Origin: an uncultured Chloroflexia bacterium
GTDB taxonomy: Bacteria > Chloroflexota > Chloroflexia > QHBQ01 > JADMIH01
Direction of reading: 5' to 3'
Length of the DNA stretch: 64,000 bases
Assembly (NCBI GenBank): GCA_963797095.1
Contig: CAWCNY010000001.1
Span: 288,001 to 352,000 of the forward strand
Positions 47,012 to 56,987 of the stretch are shown here, in pieces. Position 1 is the stretch's first letter. The number at the start of each line of letters is the position of its first letter. Both the position numbers and the translations under genes were made by a program. The notes under the pieces are model-generated. The model worked only from the letters and a program-made list of their open reading frames with translations, had not been told where the DNA came from and ran no database searches.

Positions 47012-50000
47012 CTAGATAGCTTCTATGGTGACGAGGCGGTGCTCAATTGCGTAGCGCATGGCGGCCGTGCGCGACGACACGTCCAGTTTGCCGTAAATGA
47101 CGTTGAGGTAGCTGACTACCGTGCTGGGGCTGATCACCAGTTGCTCTGCGATATCCAGGTTGGACAGTCCCTTGGCAACCAACAGCAGCACGTCAAGCTC
47201 GCGTTTGGTCAAGCCTGCGGGGCGCTCAGGGGCCTTGACACGATGCTTGTGCGTGCTGCGAGCGACGTTTTCAAGCGAGAGCAACTGCTCAATGGGCAGA
47301 TTGTGTCCCTCTTCCCATGTGCTGAGGAATTCCAGCTCGCCCATTTCCTGGCGCGCCGAAGCGACCAGTTGTGCACGCTCGGCGGACGGAGCAGGGTGGT
47401 GGTGTGGGTCGGACGCTTGCCGCTGCCTCTCGCCGGCTGCCCAGAGTTGTACGGCCCAGCCCACGCGTCCGCACCGCATGGCCGCGTCGGCCAGCTCCTC
47501 CAGGCAACTGATGATGGCAGCATGCGCGCCTATGGCCTGGGCGCTCGCAATGCAACGTCGAGCCATCGTGATTGATGTCAGGTAATCCTGCCTGTACAGG
47601 GCTGCCTGGGCCATGAGGAGGCTTGCGCGAGCGATACCGCGTATGTCTTGCAGCCGGTCGAACAGGTCGAGCGCCCTCTCAATCAATACCGATGCGCGTG
47701 ACCAATCGCCGCTGCTCAGCGCAAAGCGCCCGTGAGCGCAGAGAAAGTACCCTGCCGTACCGCCCCAGCGGCGCAGTTCCATTTCCTGGATCTGCTCGTC
47801 GAAGAGCGCCTGGGCTCTTGCTCTCTCGCCCGTGGCGAGCAGCGCATCGGCCAGATTCAGCAACGACATGCGGCGCAGATGCAGATCACCCAACTCGGCA
47901 AAGAGCGCGGCGCACCGTTCGAGATGAATACGAGAGCGCGCAAACTCGCCGCAATATTGTGCAAGCATGCCGGACGAGTATTCAATGTGGGCCAGAGTCC
48001 ATGGATCGGCACGCCCATCCATCAGACCGAACAACTCTTCCGCCTGGGCCTTCGCCGCGGCAACATTGCCCTTCACCAGGTGGAAGAGACTCAATATGTG
48101 CGAAGCTCTGGCAATGTTCCTGTTGTCACCGGCTGCTTTACTCAGTTCAAAGCTTTCGCGAAGCCAATCCTGGGCACGCTCGCCCTGGTCAAGATGCAGA
48201 GCGAGCAAGCCCGCAGCTAAGAGGGTTTGCCTGTTGCGCGGTCCGGTGACTTCTCCCTCCGGGGCGTACAATACCTGCTCAGCCCAACTCAACCCCTCAC
48301 TAAGCCTGCCACGAACGTACCAGAATTGCCCCAGATCCCCAACCAGCTCCGCGCTGCGGTCGTAGTCATGCTCAGACAGCAAGAAGGAAAGCGCAGCGTT
48401 GAAGTTGTGTTCATCCCGGTCGAATCTTCCCAGCCAGTGCATCTGCTGCTCACTGTGTAACCCCGGTCCGGCTTGCCGGGCGAGAGAGATGTAGTGTTCG
48501 GCGTGGGCGGTCCTGGCCATACGCAATTCGCCGCTCCGCTCCAGGCGCTCCAGCGCATATTCCCGCACCGTCTCCGAGAGGCTGAGGCGCGGTGCCTTCC
48601 CGGCCTTTGCAGCTGAGAGGAGCAGGCTCTTGTCAATCAGCGAGGAAAGGATGTCCAGAACGGAGGTCGCCAGCTCCCCAAATGCATTGCACACCGCTTC
48701 GGCCGCGTCCAGGTCAAATCGGGCGTTGAAAACGGCAAGCCGCCGTAGCGCCGACTGCTCATCGGGGTGCAGCAGATCATAGCTCCAATCCAGAGTGGCG
48801 CGTAACGTCTGGTGGCGCGCCGGGCGCTCTCGCCCGCCCCCGGTGAGCACCGCCAGCAGGTGCTCCAGTCGCTCAAGCAGCGCCTCAGGCGATAGGAGCC
48901 GCACGCGGGCAGCCGCCAGCTCGATAGCCAGTGGAAGTCCGTCCAGACGCGCACAAATCTGAGCAATCGCCTTCAGGGAGGGACCGCTCACGTCCAGGTT
49001 CGGGGCGATTGCAGTTGCCCGGTCAAGGAAAAGGGCAATTGCCGGGTAATTCAGGAGGTTATCATGGGGCGGCAGGTCGGCGGGGTCGGGGAAAGATAGC
49101 GACTTCACAAGAATGGAGTGTTCGCCCCGGAGGTAGAGCACTTCGCGGCTAGTGACCAGCAGCTTAAGCCCGTCGCATGCGCTAACAAGTTCGTCCAGCA
49201 TTGGGACAACCTCAGGCACCTGTTCGAGGTTGTCGAGGATAAGCAGCAGCTCTCGGTGCTGTAGCGCCTCGCTGAGCAGCACTCTGATCGAGGTGTGGCC
49301 GTCGGTAGGCAATCCGAACAGCCGAGCCACTCTCGTAAGGGCGATTTGCGGATCGCGCACAGAATCGATGGACAGAAAGTATACGCCATCCCGGAAGTCG
49401 GCTTGCAATGCGGAGATGGCCTCAAAGGCAAGGCGTGTTTTGCCTATGCCGCCCGGACCCACCAGGCTGACCACTCTGACATCCGGGCGACGAAGCAGAG
49501 CTACCAGGGACGCCACTTCATCAACGCGGTCCACAAGGCGTGTTGTCGGGAGAGGCACCGGCGCCGGAGGGTTTAGCCTGGCAATCGAGCCTGCGTCCAG
49601 GGCGATGTATCTTGAAGCTGCGGGCTCAGCTTTCGCAACGAGCATATCGACAAGACGATGTGTGCTAGGCTCCTCGGTGTCGCTCAGTTCGGTGGGATCC
49701 TCTGGGTCAACATGGTCGGCCTGATCGCTGTGATCGCTGTAGTCTTCCAGGCGCAGCAGTTTGCCCACAACCGTGATCAGGCGCGCCCAGGTCATTTCCT
49801 CAGCTTTTCCAATGTAGGTACTGATGCGCTTACCCTGCGTCTTGCGATATGCGTACCAGTATGGTTTGCCGGAGCGCACCTCTTTACGAGCGCTGAAAGA
49901 GCCAGCAGGTGACTCGAACCGGAATGAGGAATGTGTGTCGAGCCAGGCAAACCATTGTGCCGAGCCGACCCTAACGGGACTCGTGACGTCAACTATATTT

Positions 50001-50044
50001 TGCAGTAATCCCTGCCGAATAATCGGAGCACAACTGGTGTTCAA
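47012..50044 (-). CDS. STAND ATPase-TPR-LuxR HTH transcriptional regulator with an extra N-terminal domain
   Basis: GPGGIGKT, LLILDNLEQ, VTSRE, RLDGLPLAIELAA, TPR-like helices, C-terminal LTKRELDVL..GLSN..IAEQL; TTG start inferred from a GGAGG RBS. Confidence 0.9.
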   Translation of the reverse strand: MNTSCAPIIRQGLLQNIVDVTSPVRVGSAQWFAWLDTHSSFRFESPAGSFSARKEVRSGKPYWYAYRKTQGKRISTYIGKAEEMTWARLITVVGKLLRLEDYSDHSDQADHVDPEDPTELSDTEEPSTHRLVDMLVAKAEPAASRYIALDAGSIARLNPPAPVPLPTTRLVDRVDEVASLVALLRRPDVRVVSLVGPGGIGKTRLAFEAISALQADFRDGVYFLSIDSVRDPQIALTRVARLFGLPTDGHTSIRVLLSEALQHRELLLILDNLEQVPEVVPMLDELVSACDGLKLLVTSREVLYLRGEHSILVKSLSFPDPADLPPHDNLLNYPAIALFLDRATAIAPNLDVSGPSLKAIAQICARLDGLPLAIELAAARVRLLSPEALLERLEHLLAVLTGGGRERPARHQTLRATLDWSYDLLHPDEQSALRRLAVFNARFDLDAAEAVCNAFGELATSVLDILSSLIDKSLLLSAAKAGKAPRLSLSETVREYALERLERSGELRMARTAHAEHYISLARQAGPGLHSEQQMHWLGRFDRDEHNFNAALSFLLSEHDYDRSAELVGDLGQFWYVRGRLSEGLSWAEQVLYAPEGEVTGPRNRQTLLAAGLLALHLDQGERAQDWLRESFELSKAAGDNRNIARASHILSLFHLVKGNVAAAKAQAEELFGLMDGRADPWTLAHIEYSSGMLAQYCGEFARSRIHLERCAALFAELGDLHLRRMSLLNLADALLATGERARAQALFDEQIQEMELRRWGGTAGYFLCAHGRFALSSGDWSRASVLIERALDLFDRLQDIRGIARASLLMAQAALYRQDYLTSITMARRCIASAQAIGAHAAIISCLEELADAAMRCGRVGWAVQLWAAGERQRQASDPHHHPAPSAERAQLVASARQEMGELEFLSTWEEGHNLPIEQLLSLENVARSTHKHRVKAPERPAGLTKRELDVLLLVAKGLSNLDIAEQLVISPSTVVSYLNVIYGKLDVSSRTAAMRYAIEHRLVTIEAI

Positions 50045-50314
50045 CTGCTTACCTCCACTAGCTCCAGACACATCTGCCGTTTCAGTCTCCAGAGAGGGTC
50101 TGGTGGCTAAAGGTAGATACACAATAATGTCCGGGTGCCCAACGGGTGCGCAACCCATACTCTTCAGTAAGAAGGAGCACAACTAGGGCAAATTAGGCGA
50201 AGCGCTGGCCAAATATGGCTGCTCAGGGCAAAGAACCGGTGCCAGCATACGCAATAGAGGACCTTAGCGCTGCGCTCCTCCCGCCGACGTGGACGTGGCA
50301 ACAACTGTAGGCTA

Positions 50315-50367
50315 TTGACAGTTACACGTATAACTAGTATTATAAGGGCAGATTGTGCATCTGTCAA
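50315..50367. promoter_or_regulatory. Overlapping bidirectional sigma70 promoters with LacI-type operator AGTTACACGTATAACT
   Basis: Plus strand TTGACA(50315)-N17-TATTAT(50338); minus strand TTGACA(50367)-N17-TATAAT(50344); operator at 50320-50335. Confidence 0.8.
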
Positions 50368-50550
50368 TACTCTTTGTGGTGACGGCTCACAGGTGCTCAA
50401 GACCCAGGGATTTCCACCTGCGGGGCTGCAAATATGCCGGGGCGATAGCCCCCGGCGAATTATCATATCTTGCTGCGTCGCGGCCCGGATAGGAATAAAT
50501 CTTCTCGCGCGCAAGTAGGATCGACGTATCCAATCGAGGAGGATGCAAGG

Positions 50551-51609
50551 ATGCCGAGGCGAGTTAGAGGCGCAGCGAACCAGGACCAAACCCTGATTGA
50601 TAAGGCCCCCCGCAAGGGCCCGCCTACCAGCGCAGATGTGGCGATGCTCGCGGGCGTTTCTCAGGCCACCGTATCGCTCGTGCTGAACGACGTGGGCAAC
50701 AGCCGGTTCAGCGACGAGACGCGAGACCGTGTGCTGAGCGCGGTGGACGCACTGGGCTACGTGCCGCACGCGATGGCAAGTGCGCTGCGCGCCGGGCAGA
50801 GCAACCTCATACTTATCACCTTCTTGAGCCTCCCAACAGGTGCCCAACTGGCTGTGTTCTATGACCAGTTGGCCGCCAAGCTTAATGAGCGCGGCTACAC
50901 TGTGCTCTTCCATGCTGACCGCGCTCAGTTGGGCGTGGCGGCAGCCCGTGCGTGGGCTGCGCTCAGGCCCGCTGGGGTTGTAGTTGACGGCACGCGGCTG
51001 AGCGACGAGGTGCTGAAGGTCTTGCGCAAAGTCGGAGTCAAGGCAATAGTGGCCATGGGGGGCGATGCCATCAGATCTGTGCCCACAGTCAGCATAGGAA
51101 GCGATGTAGCAGGCAAGCTTGCGACAGAGCACATGATTAGTATGGGCCGCCACAGGCTCGCAGTTGTGGTGCCGAAAGATCCGGAGCTACTGCCGGTAGC
51201 AATGGAGCGCCTCAACGCTGCGGAAAAGGCGGCTCGTGAGCGCAATATCGCTTTGCAGCGTATTGATCTTGCCCTCGATGAGGAGGATGCGGCCAGGGTG
51301 GCGGCAGAGTGGACGCGCGGGCCACACCCTGATGGAATATTCGCGTTTAACGACATTTATGCCGGATTGCTGCTTATTGCCTTACAAGAGGCTGGGCTGC
51401 GGGTGCCGGACGACGTTGCCGTAATTGGCTGCGACGATCTGCCGGTAAGCTGGTTCTTTCGCCCACGCCTCACCACGGTACGCTTCCCTATTGAACAGAT
51501 AACCCGGCAAATAGCGACCATAGTTGACGCCATGGTGCAGGGGAAGAGTGTCGACTTTGAGCGGTCACAGGATACCGAACCGTACCTGGTCTTGAGAGAC
51601 TCAGCCTAG
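50551..51609 (+). CDS. LacI family transcriptional repressor
   Basis: PTSADVAMLAGVSQATVSLVLN, LGYVP, GLRVPDDVAVIGCDD, RPRLTTV. Confidence 0.9.
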   Translation: MPRRVRGAANQDQTLIDKAPRKGPPTSADVAMLAGVSQATVSLVLNDVGNSRFSDETRDRVLSAVDALGYVPHAMASALRAGQSNLILITFLSLPTGAQLAVFYDQLAAKLNERGYTVLFHADRAQLGVAAARAWAALRPAGVVVDGTRLSDEVLKVLRKVGVKAIVAMGGDAIRSVPTVSIGSDVAGKLATEHMISMGRHRLAVVVPKDPELLPVAMERLNAAEKAARERNIALQRIDLALDEEDAARVAAEWTRGPHPDGIFAFNDIYAGLLLIALQEAGLRVPDDVAVIGCDDLPVSWFFRPRLTTVRFPIEQITRQIATIVDAMVQGKSVDFERSQDTEPYLVLRDSA

Positions 51610-51723
51610 AACATCGCGATCACAGCCATCGCAGCCAAAGAAGCACCGCAACACGGCGACACGACAAATGGAGAGGGGGATACCCACAATTCCCGTGCCC
51701 TGCCTCCTCAACGATTTCCCTCA

Positions 51724-51773
51724 TTTTCCCAGGTTTTTGTAGTAGCTTAAGCCTTAAGCAGCCTTTATACTCG
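51724..51773 (+). promoter_or_regulatory. Putative activator-dependent promoter of the ABC importer
   Basis: TTTTCCCAGGTTTTTGTAGTAG-N20-TATACT. Confidence 0.65.
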
Positions 51774-51932
51774 CCCCGAATGGCTCGCTCCGGCCTACGA
51801 TCTGCGGCGCCAGATGGGAGTTGTTACAAGGGGTCGGTGACCTTCTGATAGACTAGCGCTGGCTATCCAGAGGGGCAATTCGTGCTATCAGCGCTGCGAA
51901 AAACCTGCAGGTTGATCCTAAGGAGGAAAGCA

Positions 51933-53765
51933 ATGCACAAACGAGTAATGTTGCTTATATGCTTTGCGGTTGTCAGCAGTATGCTGCTGTCAGCTTGCGA
52001 CACAGGCTCTCCCACCGCTACTCCCGTTCCCGCACCAACCGCCACCACAGCGCAGGCGGCGCCCACCGATACGACTGCCCCTGCCGCAGCCGCTACCAAC
52101 ACAACTTCCACTGCGGCACAGCCTACCAACACTACCGCCACCGGCGGGAGCACGGGCCAACCAGCCACCACGGGCGTGATGCATGTCATGCCCAACGGCG
52201 GGCAGATGACAACGTTCGCGCGCAACTTCAACCCCTTCGTCCAGGCCTCGCTCTTCCCAACGCAGAACGGCATCTACGAGCTTCTGATGATAGACAACCC
52301 GGCCACCAATAAGATTGAGCCCTGGTTGGCCGATTCCTACGAGTGGAGCAGCGACCTCAAGACCCTGACGCTCAAGCTCCACCCCAACGTCAAGTGGTCC
52401 GACGGGCAGCCCTTCACCGCTAATGACGTGGTCTTCACCTTCGACCTGCTCAAGAACACCCCCGGCCTGCTCGGCAACGGCATCAACGCCGTCAATACAA
52501 CGAGCGGCTACGTTAGCTCAGTGGAAGCGGTCAACGACCTGACCGTGAAGTTCAACTTCTCCAAGGTCTTCACTCCCGGCATCCACGACATCGTTACACA
52601 GGTGATCGTGCCCGAGCACATCTGGAAGGATGTCCAGGACGTGTCGAAGTTCACCAACGACAACCCGGTCGCTACCGGCCCCTTCATCCAGGTGAGCAAC
52701 TTCACCGCGCAGAGCTACCAGATCGAGAAGAATCCCAACTACTGGCAGCCAGGCAAGCCCTACATCAACGCACTCCGCATGGATGCATACAGCGGCAACG
52801 ACCCGACAACCATCGCCTTCATCAACGGCGACCTTGACTACGGCGCATGGTTCCAGATCGACCCGCAGAATACCGTTCTCAACAAGGACCCAACCAACCT
52901 GCACCACGTGGCGGGAGCAGGACCCGGGACTGGCATCATGTTCATGCTGAACACGACGGTCAAGGGGCTTGACGACCCGATCGTGCGCAAGGCCATAAGT
53001 ATGTCGCTCAACCGCCCTGAGATGATGGCCATCGTCATGGGCCCCGGCGGCTACAAGAACGATATCACAGGCCTCAACTTCGCATTCAACTCCTGGAAGC
53101 CCTCCGACCTCTCCAGCCTCGGCCAGGACTGGACCGCTTACGACCCCGACGCGGCCAACAAGATGCTCGACGACGCCGGCTACAAGATGGGCGCTGACGG
53201 CATCCGTGCCAAGGGCGACGTCAAGCTCAGCTTCGAGTACACCTCGATCAATGGCTTTACGGACTTCATCGCCGTTGGGCCGACGATGATAGAGAACATG
53301 AAGACCATCGGCGTGGAAGCCAAATCGGTGTCTCAGGACCCGGGCCTCGCCATCGGCAACTGGCAGGTGGGTAAGTTCCAGATGTCGCTGTGGTTCGGCA
53401 CCACCTCGAGCACTCCCTACTACGTCTACTGGCGCCTGATGTCTCCCAACTCCGTGATACCGCTGGACACCAACACCAACTACAACTACTCGCGCTACGG
53501 CAGCCAGGCCGCCGCGCCCCTGCTCGACGAGTTCGCCTCCACCCAGGACGAGGCCAAGCAGAAGGAAGTTACCCTGCAGCTGGAGAAGGTCTTCGCCGAC
53601 GAGGCGCCTTACGTGCCCATGTGGACGCTGCCCGGCGATTGGTGGTACAGTACCAAGAACTTCACCGACTGGCCGGACCAGACCAAGGTTCTCAGCGGCC
53701 CCGTACGGGGTGTCGGTTTCACCGGCGAGCAATTGTACATACTGACCAGCGTCAAACCCAAGTAA
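51933..53765 (+). CDS. ABC transporter substrate-binding lipoprotein, family 5 (Opp/Dpp-like, sugar-binding subgroup)
   Basis: Lipobox LLSAC, Thr/Ala/Pro linker, NFNPF, PWLA, WSDGQPFTANDVVFTF, TGPF, KNPNYW. Confidence 0.9.
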   Translation: MHKRVMLLICFAVVSSMLLSACDTGSPTATPVPAPTATTAQAAPTDTTAPAAAATNTTSTAAQPTNTTATGGSTGQPATTGVMHVMPNGGQMTTFARNFNPFVQASLFPTQNGIYELLMIDNPATNKIEPWLADSYEWSSDLKTLTLKLHPNVKWSDGQPFTANDVVFTFDLLKNTPGLLGNGINAVNTTSGYVSSVEAVNDLTVKFNFSKVFTPGIHDIVTQVIVPEHIWKDVQDVSKFTNDNPVATGPFIQVSNFTAQSYQIEKNPNYWQPGKPYINALRMDAYSGNDPTTIAFINGDLDYGAWFQIDPQNTVLNKDPTNLHHVAGAGPGTGIMFMLNTTVKGLDDPIVRKAISMSLNRPEMMAIVMGPGGYKNDITGLNFAFNSWKPSDLSSLGQDWTAYDPDAANKMLDDAGYKMGADGIRAKGDVKLSFEYTSINGFTDFIAVGPTMIENMKTIGVEAKSVSQDPGLAIGNWQVGKFQMSLWFGTTSSTPYYVYWRLMSPNSVIPLDTNTNYNYSRYGSQAAAPLLDEFASTQDEAKQKEVTLQLEKVFADEAPYVPMWTLPGDWWYSTKNFTDWPDQTKVLSGPVRGVGFTGEQLYILTSVKPK

Positions 53766-53773
53766 TCTGAAAA

Positions 53774-53801
53774 GGGAGTGGCCCCACGATGGGCCACTCC
53801 C
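53774..53801 (+). terminator. Hairpin after the SBP gene (partial terminator or stabiliser)
   Basis: GGGAGTGGCCC / GGGCCACTCCC. Confidence 0.55.
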
Positions 53802-53882
53802 CTCCTCCCTGGTCCCTGGCTCCCCGGCTACGCTGCTATGCGGGCAGCCGGCCTGTCTTCTCGCCAGACAAGGAGCACGCAA

Positions 53883-54857
53883 ATGCGCTACATTCTGCGC
53901 CGCCTGGGATTCTACATCCTGGCTTTCTTTTCGGCCGTAGTCATCAACTTCGCCCTACCGCGCATGTTGCCGGGCGACCCCGCCTCGATCATCCTGGCGC
54001 AGGCCACCCAGCTCACCTCCGAGCAGGTCCAGGCTATGCGCCTGTCGCTCGGGCTGACCAACGACCCGTTGCCGGTGCAGTTCTGGAACTATGTTACCCA
54101 TGCCATCACGGGCGACTTCGGCATCTCATACTCGTATTACCCGTCCCCCGTCACATCTGTGATCTCCAACGGCATCGGCTGGACGCTGCTACTCGGGCTG
54201 ACCAGCTTGCTCATCGCCTTCATCTTCGGCAACATCATAGGCGTCATCAGTGCCTGGCGGCGCGGCGGCCTGATGGACAACATAACGCCGCCGCTGCTCA
54301 TGTTCATCGGCGCTTTTCCTCCATTCTTCCTGGCCCTCGCGTTTCTCTTTATCCTGGCCCTCGGCACCGGCTGGTTCCCCACCGCCCACTCGTTCGACAC
54401 CTCAATCGTGCCAGGATGGACCTGGCAATATATAGGGAGCGTGGCGCACCACCTTATCTTACCGGCCAGCGTCGTCATACTCGTTTCTATTGGGGGGTGG
54501 GCCCTCGGAATGCGCAACGTCATGATGGGCGTGCTCGGCGAAGACTATATTACCCTCGCCGAAGCCAAGGGCCTCAAGACGAACCGGCTCATGGCCTGGT
54601 ACGCGGCGCGCAACGCCCTCTTACCCGGCATCACCGGCTTCGGTACCCAGCTGGGTTTCATCTTGAGCGGCCAGATATTGATAGAACAGGTCTTCGCCTA
54701 CCCTGGCGTCGGCTACCAACTGGTCAGCGCGGTCGGCAATCGCGACTACCCGCTCATGCAGGGGCTTTTCCTGATGATCACGATCGCGGTGCTGCTCGCC
54801 AATTTCCTCGTTGACATACTCTACGTCCGCCTCGACCCGCGGGTAAGGACCAGGTGA
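53883..54857 (+). CDS. ABC transporter permease (DppB-like)
   Basis: LPRMLPGDP, GDFGIS, EDYITLAEAKGL, RDYPLMQG, LDPRVR. Confidence 0.9.
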   Translation: MRYILRRLGFYILAFFSAVVINFALPRMLPGDPASIILAQATQLTSEQVQAMRLSLGLTNDPLPVQFWNYVTHAITGDFGISYSYYPSPVTSVISNGIGWTLLLGLTSLLIAFIFGNIIGVISAWRRGGLMDNITPPLLMFIGAFPPFFLALAFLFILALGTGWFPTAHSFDTSIVPGWTWQYIGSVAHHLILPASVVILVSIGGWALGMRNVMMGVLGEDYITLAEAKGLKTNRLMAWYAARNALLPGITGFGTQLGFILSGQILIEQVFAYPGVGYQLVSAVGNRDYPLMQGLFLMITIAVLLANFLVDILYVRLDPRVRTR

Positions 54858-54868
54858 GGAGGGCACCG

Positions 54869-55999
54869 ATGCAACAAGAAACACCCGAGAGGAATACTCA
54901 ACCCGACGACCCGGCGGAGCGCGTGGAGTTTATTGATGGCGAGGCCGCCGAAGTCGAGGCCGCCGAAGGCCAGTCCCTCGCCCTCGTGACCGATCCGGTG
55001 CGCGACGCGCAGGACGCGGCGACCGGCGTACAGGTGGAGCTTTCCGGGCAGTTCGTAGCAGCGCCAATAGCAGCGCCCCCAAGGCGGCGCTTCCAGGTGC
55101 TCAGGACGTTCCTGGGCAGCCCCAAGTCGCGCCTGGGGTTCGGGGTTGTGCTCTTCTTCGTGCTGGTCGCCATATTCGCGCCCTGGATCGCCAACGCCAG
55201 CCCGACCAAGTTCACAGGCGTTATAGGCTCGCCTCCTTCGGCTGACCACTGGTTCGGCACCGGCACCCAGGGCCGCGACGTCTTCAGCCAGACCGTGTAT
55301 GGTGCGCGCATCACGCTGATAGTCGGCTTTGCCACGGGCGCGCTGGCCTCGGCCCTGGCGGTGATCGTTGGGCTGACGGCAGCCTACTTCCGCGGCAGGG
55401 TTGACGACATAATCACCCTGATCGCCAACCTCTTCCTGACCATACCGGGCCTGCCTCTGCTCATCGTCATCTCGGTCTATTTCACGGCGGGCACTATCAC
55501 CGTCATCCTGGCCCTGGCCTTCACAAGCTGGGCATACGGCTCACGCATCATCCGCGCACAGGCGCTCTCCATCCGCGAAAAAGAGTTCATAGCGGCAAGC
55601 ATTGTGGCGGGCGAAAGCAGCACCCGCATCATTTTCCGCGAGATGCTGCCTAACCTGATCAATATCATCGGCGGCAACTTCCTCGGCAGCACCCTCTTCG
55701 CAATCGCCGCATCGACCAGCCTTGCCTTCCTGGGCCTGACCGATACGACCGAGGTCAGCTGGGGCACCAACCTGTTCTTCGCTCAAAACGGCGGGGCCAT
55801 GATGAGGGGGTACTGGTGGACATTTGTTCCGTCGGGCCTGTGCGTCGCCTTCGTGGCGTTCGGCCTTTCGATGATCAACTACGGCATGGACGAAATCACA
55901 AACCCGCGCCTGCGCGCTGAAAGAGAACTGCGAAATGTATTCAAGAACAGGAATTTCCGGCGCGGTCGTGCCACGCCCGTCGTCCGCGACTCAGAATGA
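54869..55999 (+). CDS. ABC transporter permease (DppC-like)
   Basis: PPSADHWFGT..QGRDV, RAQALS.REKEF, SWG, DEITNPRLR. Confidence 0.9.
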   Translation: MQQETPERNTQPDDPAERVEFIDGEAAEVEAAEGQSLALVTDPVRDAQDAATGVQVELSGQFVAAPIAAPPRRRFQVLRTFLGSPKSRLGFGVVLFFVLVAIFAPWIANASPTKFTGVIGSPPSADHWFGTGTQGRDVFSQTVYGARITLIVGFATGALASALAVIVGLTAAYFRGRVDDIITLIANLFLTIPGLPLLIVISVYFTAGTITVILALAFTSWAYGSRIIRAQALSIREKEFIAASIVAGESSTRIIFREMLPNLINIIGGNFLGSTLFAIAASTSLAFLGLTDTTEVSWGTNLFFAQNGGAMMRGYWWTFVPSGLCVAFVAFGLSMINYGMDEITNPRLRAERELRNVFKNRNFRRGRATPVVRDSE

Positions 56000-56987
56000 G
56001 CCACTACTGGATGTCCGCGGGCTGTGCGTTGAGTACCACACGCCCAGAGGCTCGGTGCGCGCTGTCGACAACGTATCGTTCTCCATCGCCCCAGGCGAGG
56101 TATTCGGGCTGGCAGGGGAGTCGGGCAGCGGCAAGTCGACCATAGCCCATGCCATCATGAGAATACTGCGCCCCCCGGCTATGATCAGGAAGGGCGAGAT
56201 CACCGTGAACGGCCAGGACGTGCTCGAAATGACCGATAGCGAGCTTCAGGAGTTCAGGTGGCGCGACGTATCAATGGTGTTCCAGGGCGCTCTCAACTCG
56301 CTGAACCCGGTGATGAAGGTCGGCCACCAGATCGCGGATGTGCTGGTTACGCACCTTCACATACCCTGGAAGCAGGCGCTCGAACGCGCCGCCGACCTTC
56401 TCAAGCTGGTCAACATCGAGCCGAAACGCCTGGAGAGCTACCCCCATGAGCTATCGGGCGGTATGCGCCAGCGTGTTGTCATCGCCATCGCGCTGACGCT
56501 AAACGCACCCCTCCTGATCATGGACGAGCCGACAACGGCCCTCGACGTGGTTGTGCAGAAGGACATCATGAAGCAGATTGCGAGCCTGAAGCAGCAGTTT
56601 GGCTTCTCAACCCTCTTCATCACGCACGACCTGTCGCTGATGGCGGAGCTTTCGGACCGCATAGGCATTATGTACGCAGGGCAGATTGTGGAGATGGCAG
56701 CAGCCAAGGAGATCTTCAACAACCCCTTGCACCCATATACGCAGGGATTGCTTACCTCCTTCCCGCCGCTGCAGGGGGAGAAGCGCAGGTTGAGTGGCAT
56801 CCCCGGCTCGCCGCCCGACATGTCCGAGCCGCCCACCGGCTGCCGCTTCCACCCGCGCTGCACTTTTTGTAATCCTCTGGAGACGAAAGAGCAGCCGAAG
56901 CTAATCGAGGTGCTGCCCGGGCACTGGCTCTCCTGGCACGAAGGCATGCCGCTGAAACTGAACGTCGCGGGAAAGGTACTACCATGA
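55968..56987 (+). CDS. ABC transporter ATP-binding protein (DppD-like; start uncertain)
   Basis: GESGSGKST, LSGGMRQR, DEPTTALD, HPYT, GCRFHPRC. Confidence 0.9.
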   Translation: MPRPSSATQNEPLLDVRGLCVEYHTPRGSVRAVDNVSFSIAPGEVFGLAGESGSGKSTIAHAIMRILRPPAMIRKGEITVNGQDVLEMTDSELQEFRWRDVSMVFQGALNSLNPVMKVGHQIADVLVTHLHIPWKQALERAADLLKLVNIEPKRLESYPHELSGGMRQRVVIAIALTLNAPLLIMDEPTTALDVVVQKDIMKQIASLKQQFGFSTLFITHDLSLMAELSDRIGIMYAGQIVEMAAAKEIFNNPLHPYTQGLLTSFPPLQGEKRRLSGIPGSPPDMSEPPTGCRFHPRCTFCNPLETKEQPKLIEVLPGHWLSWHEGMPLKLNVAGKVLP

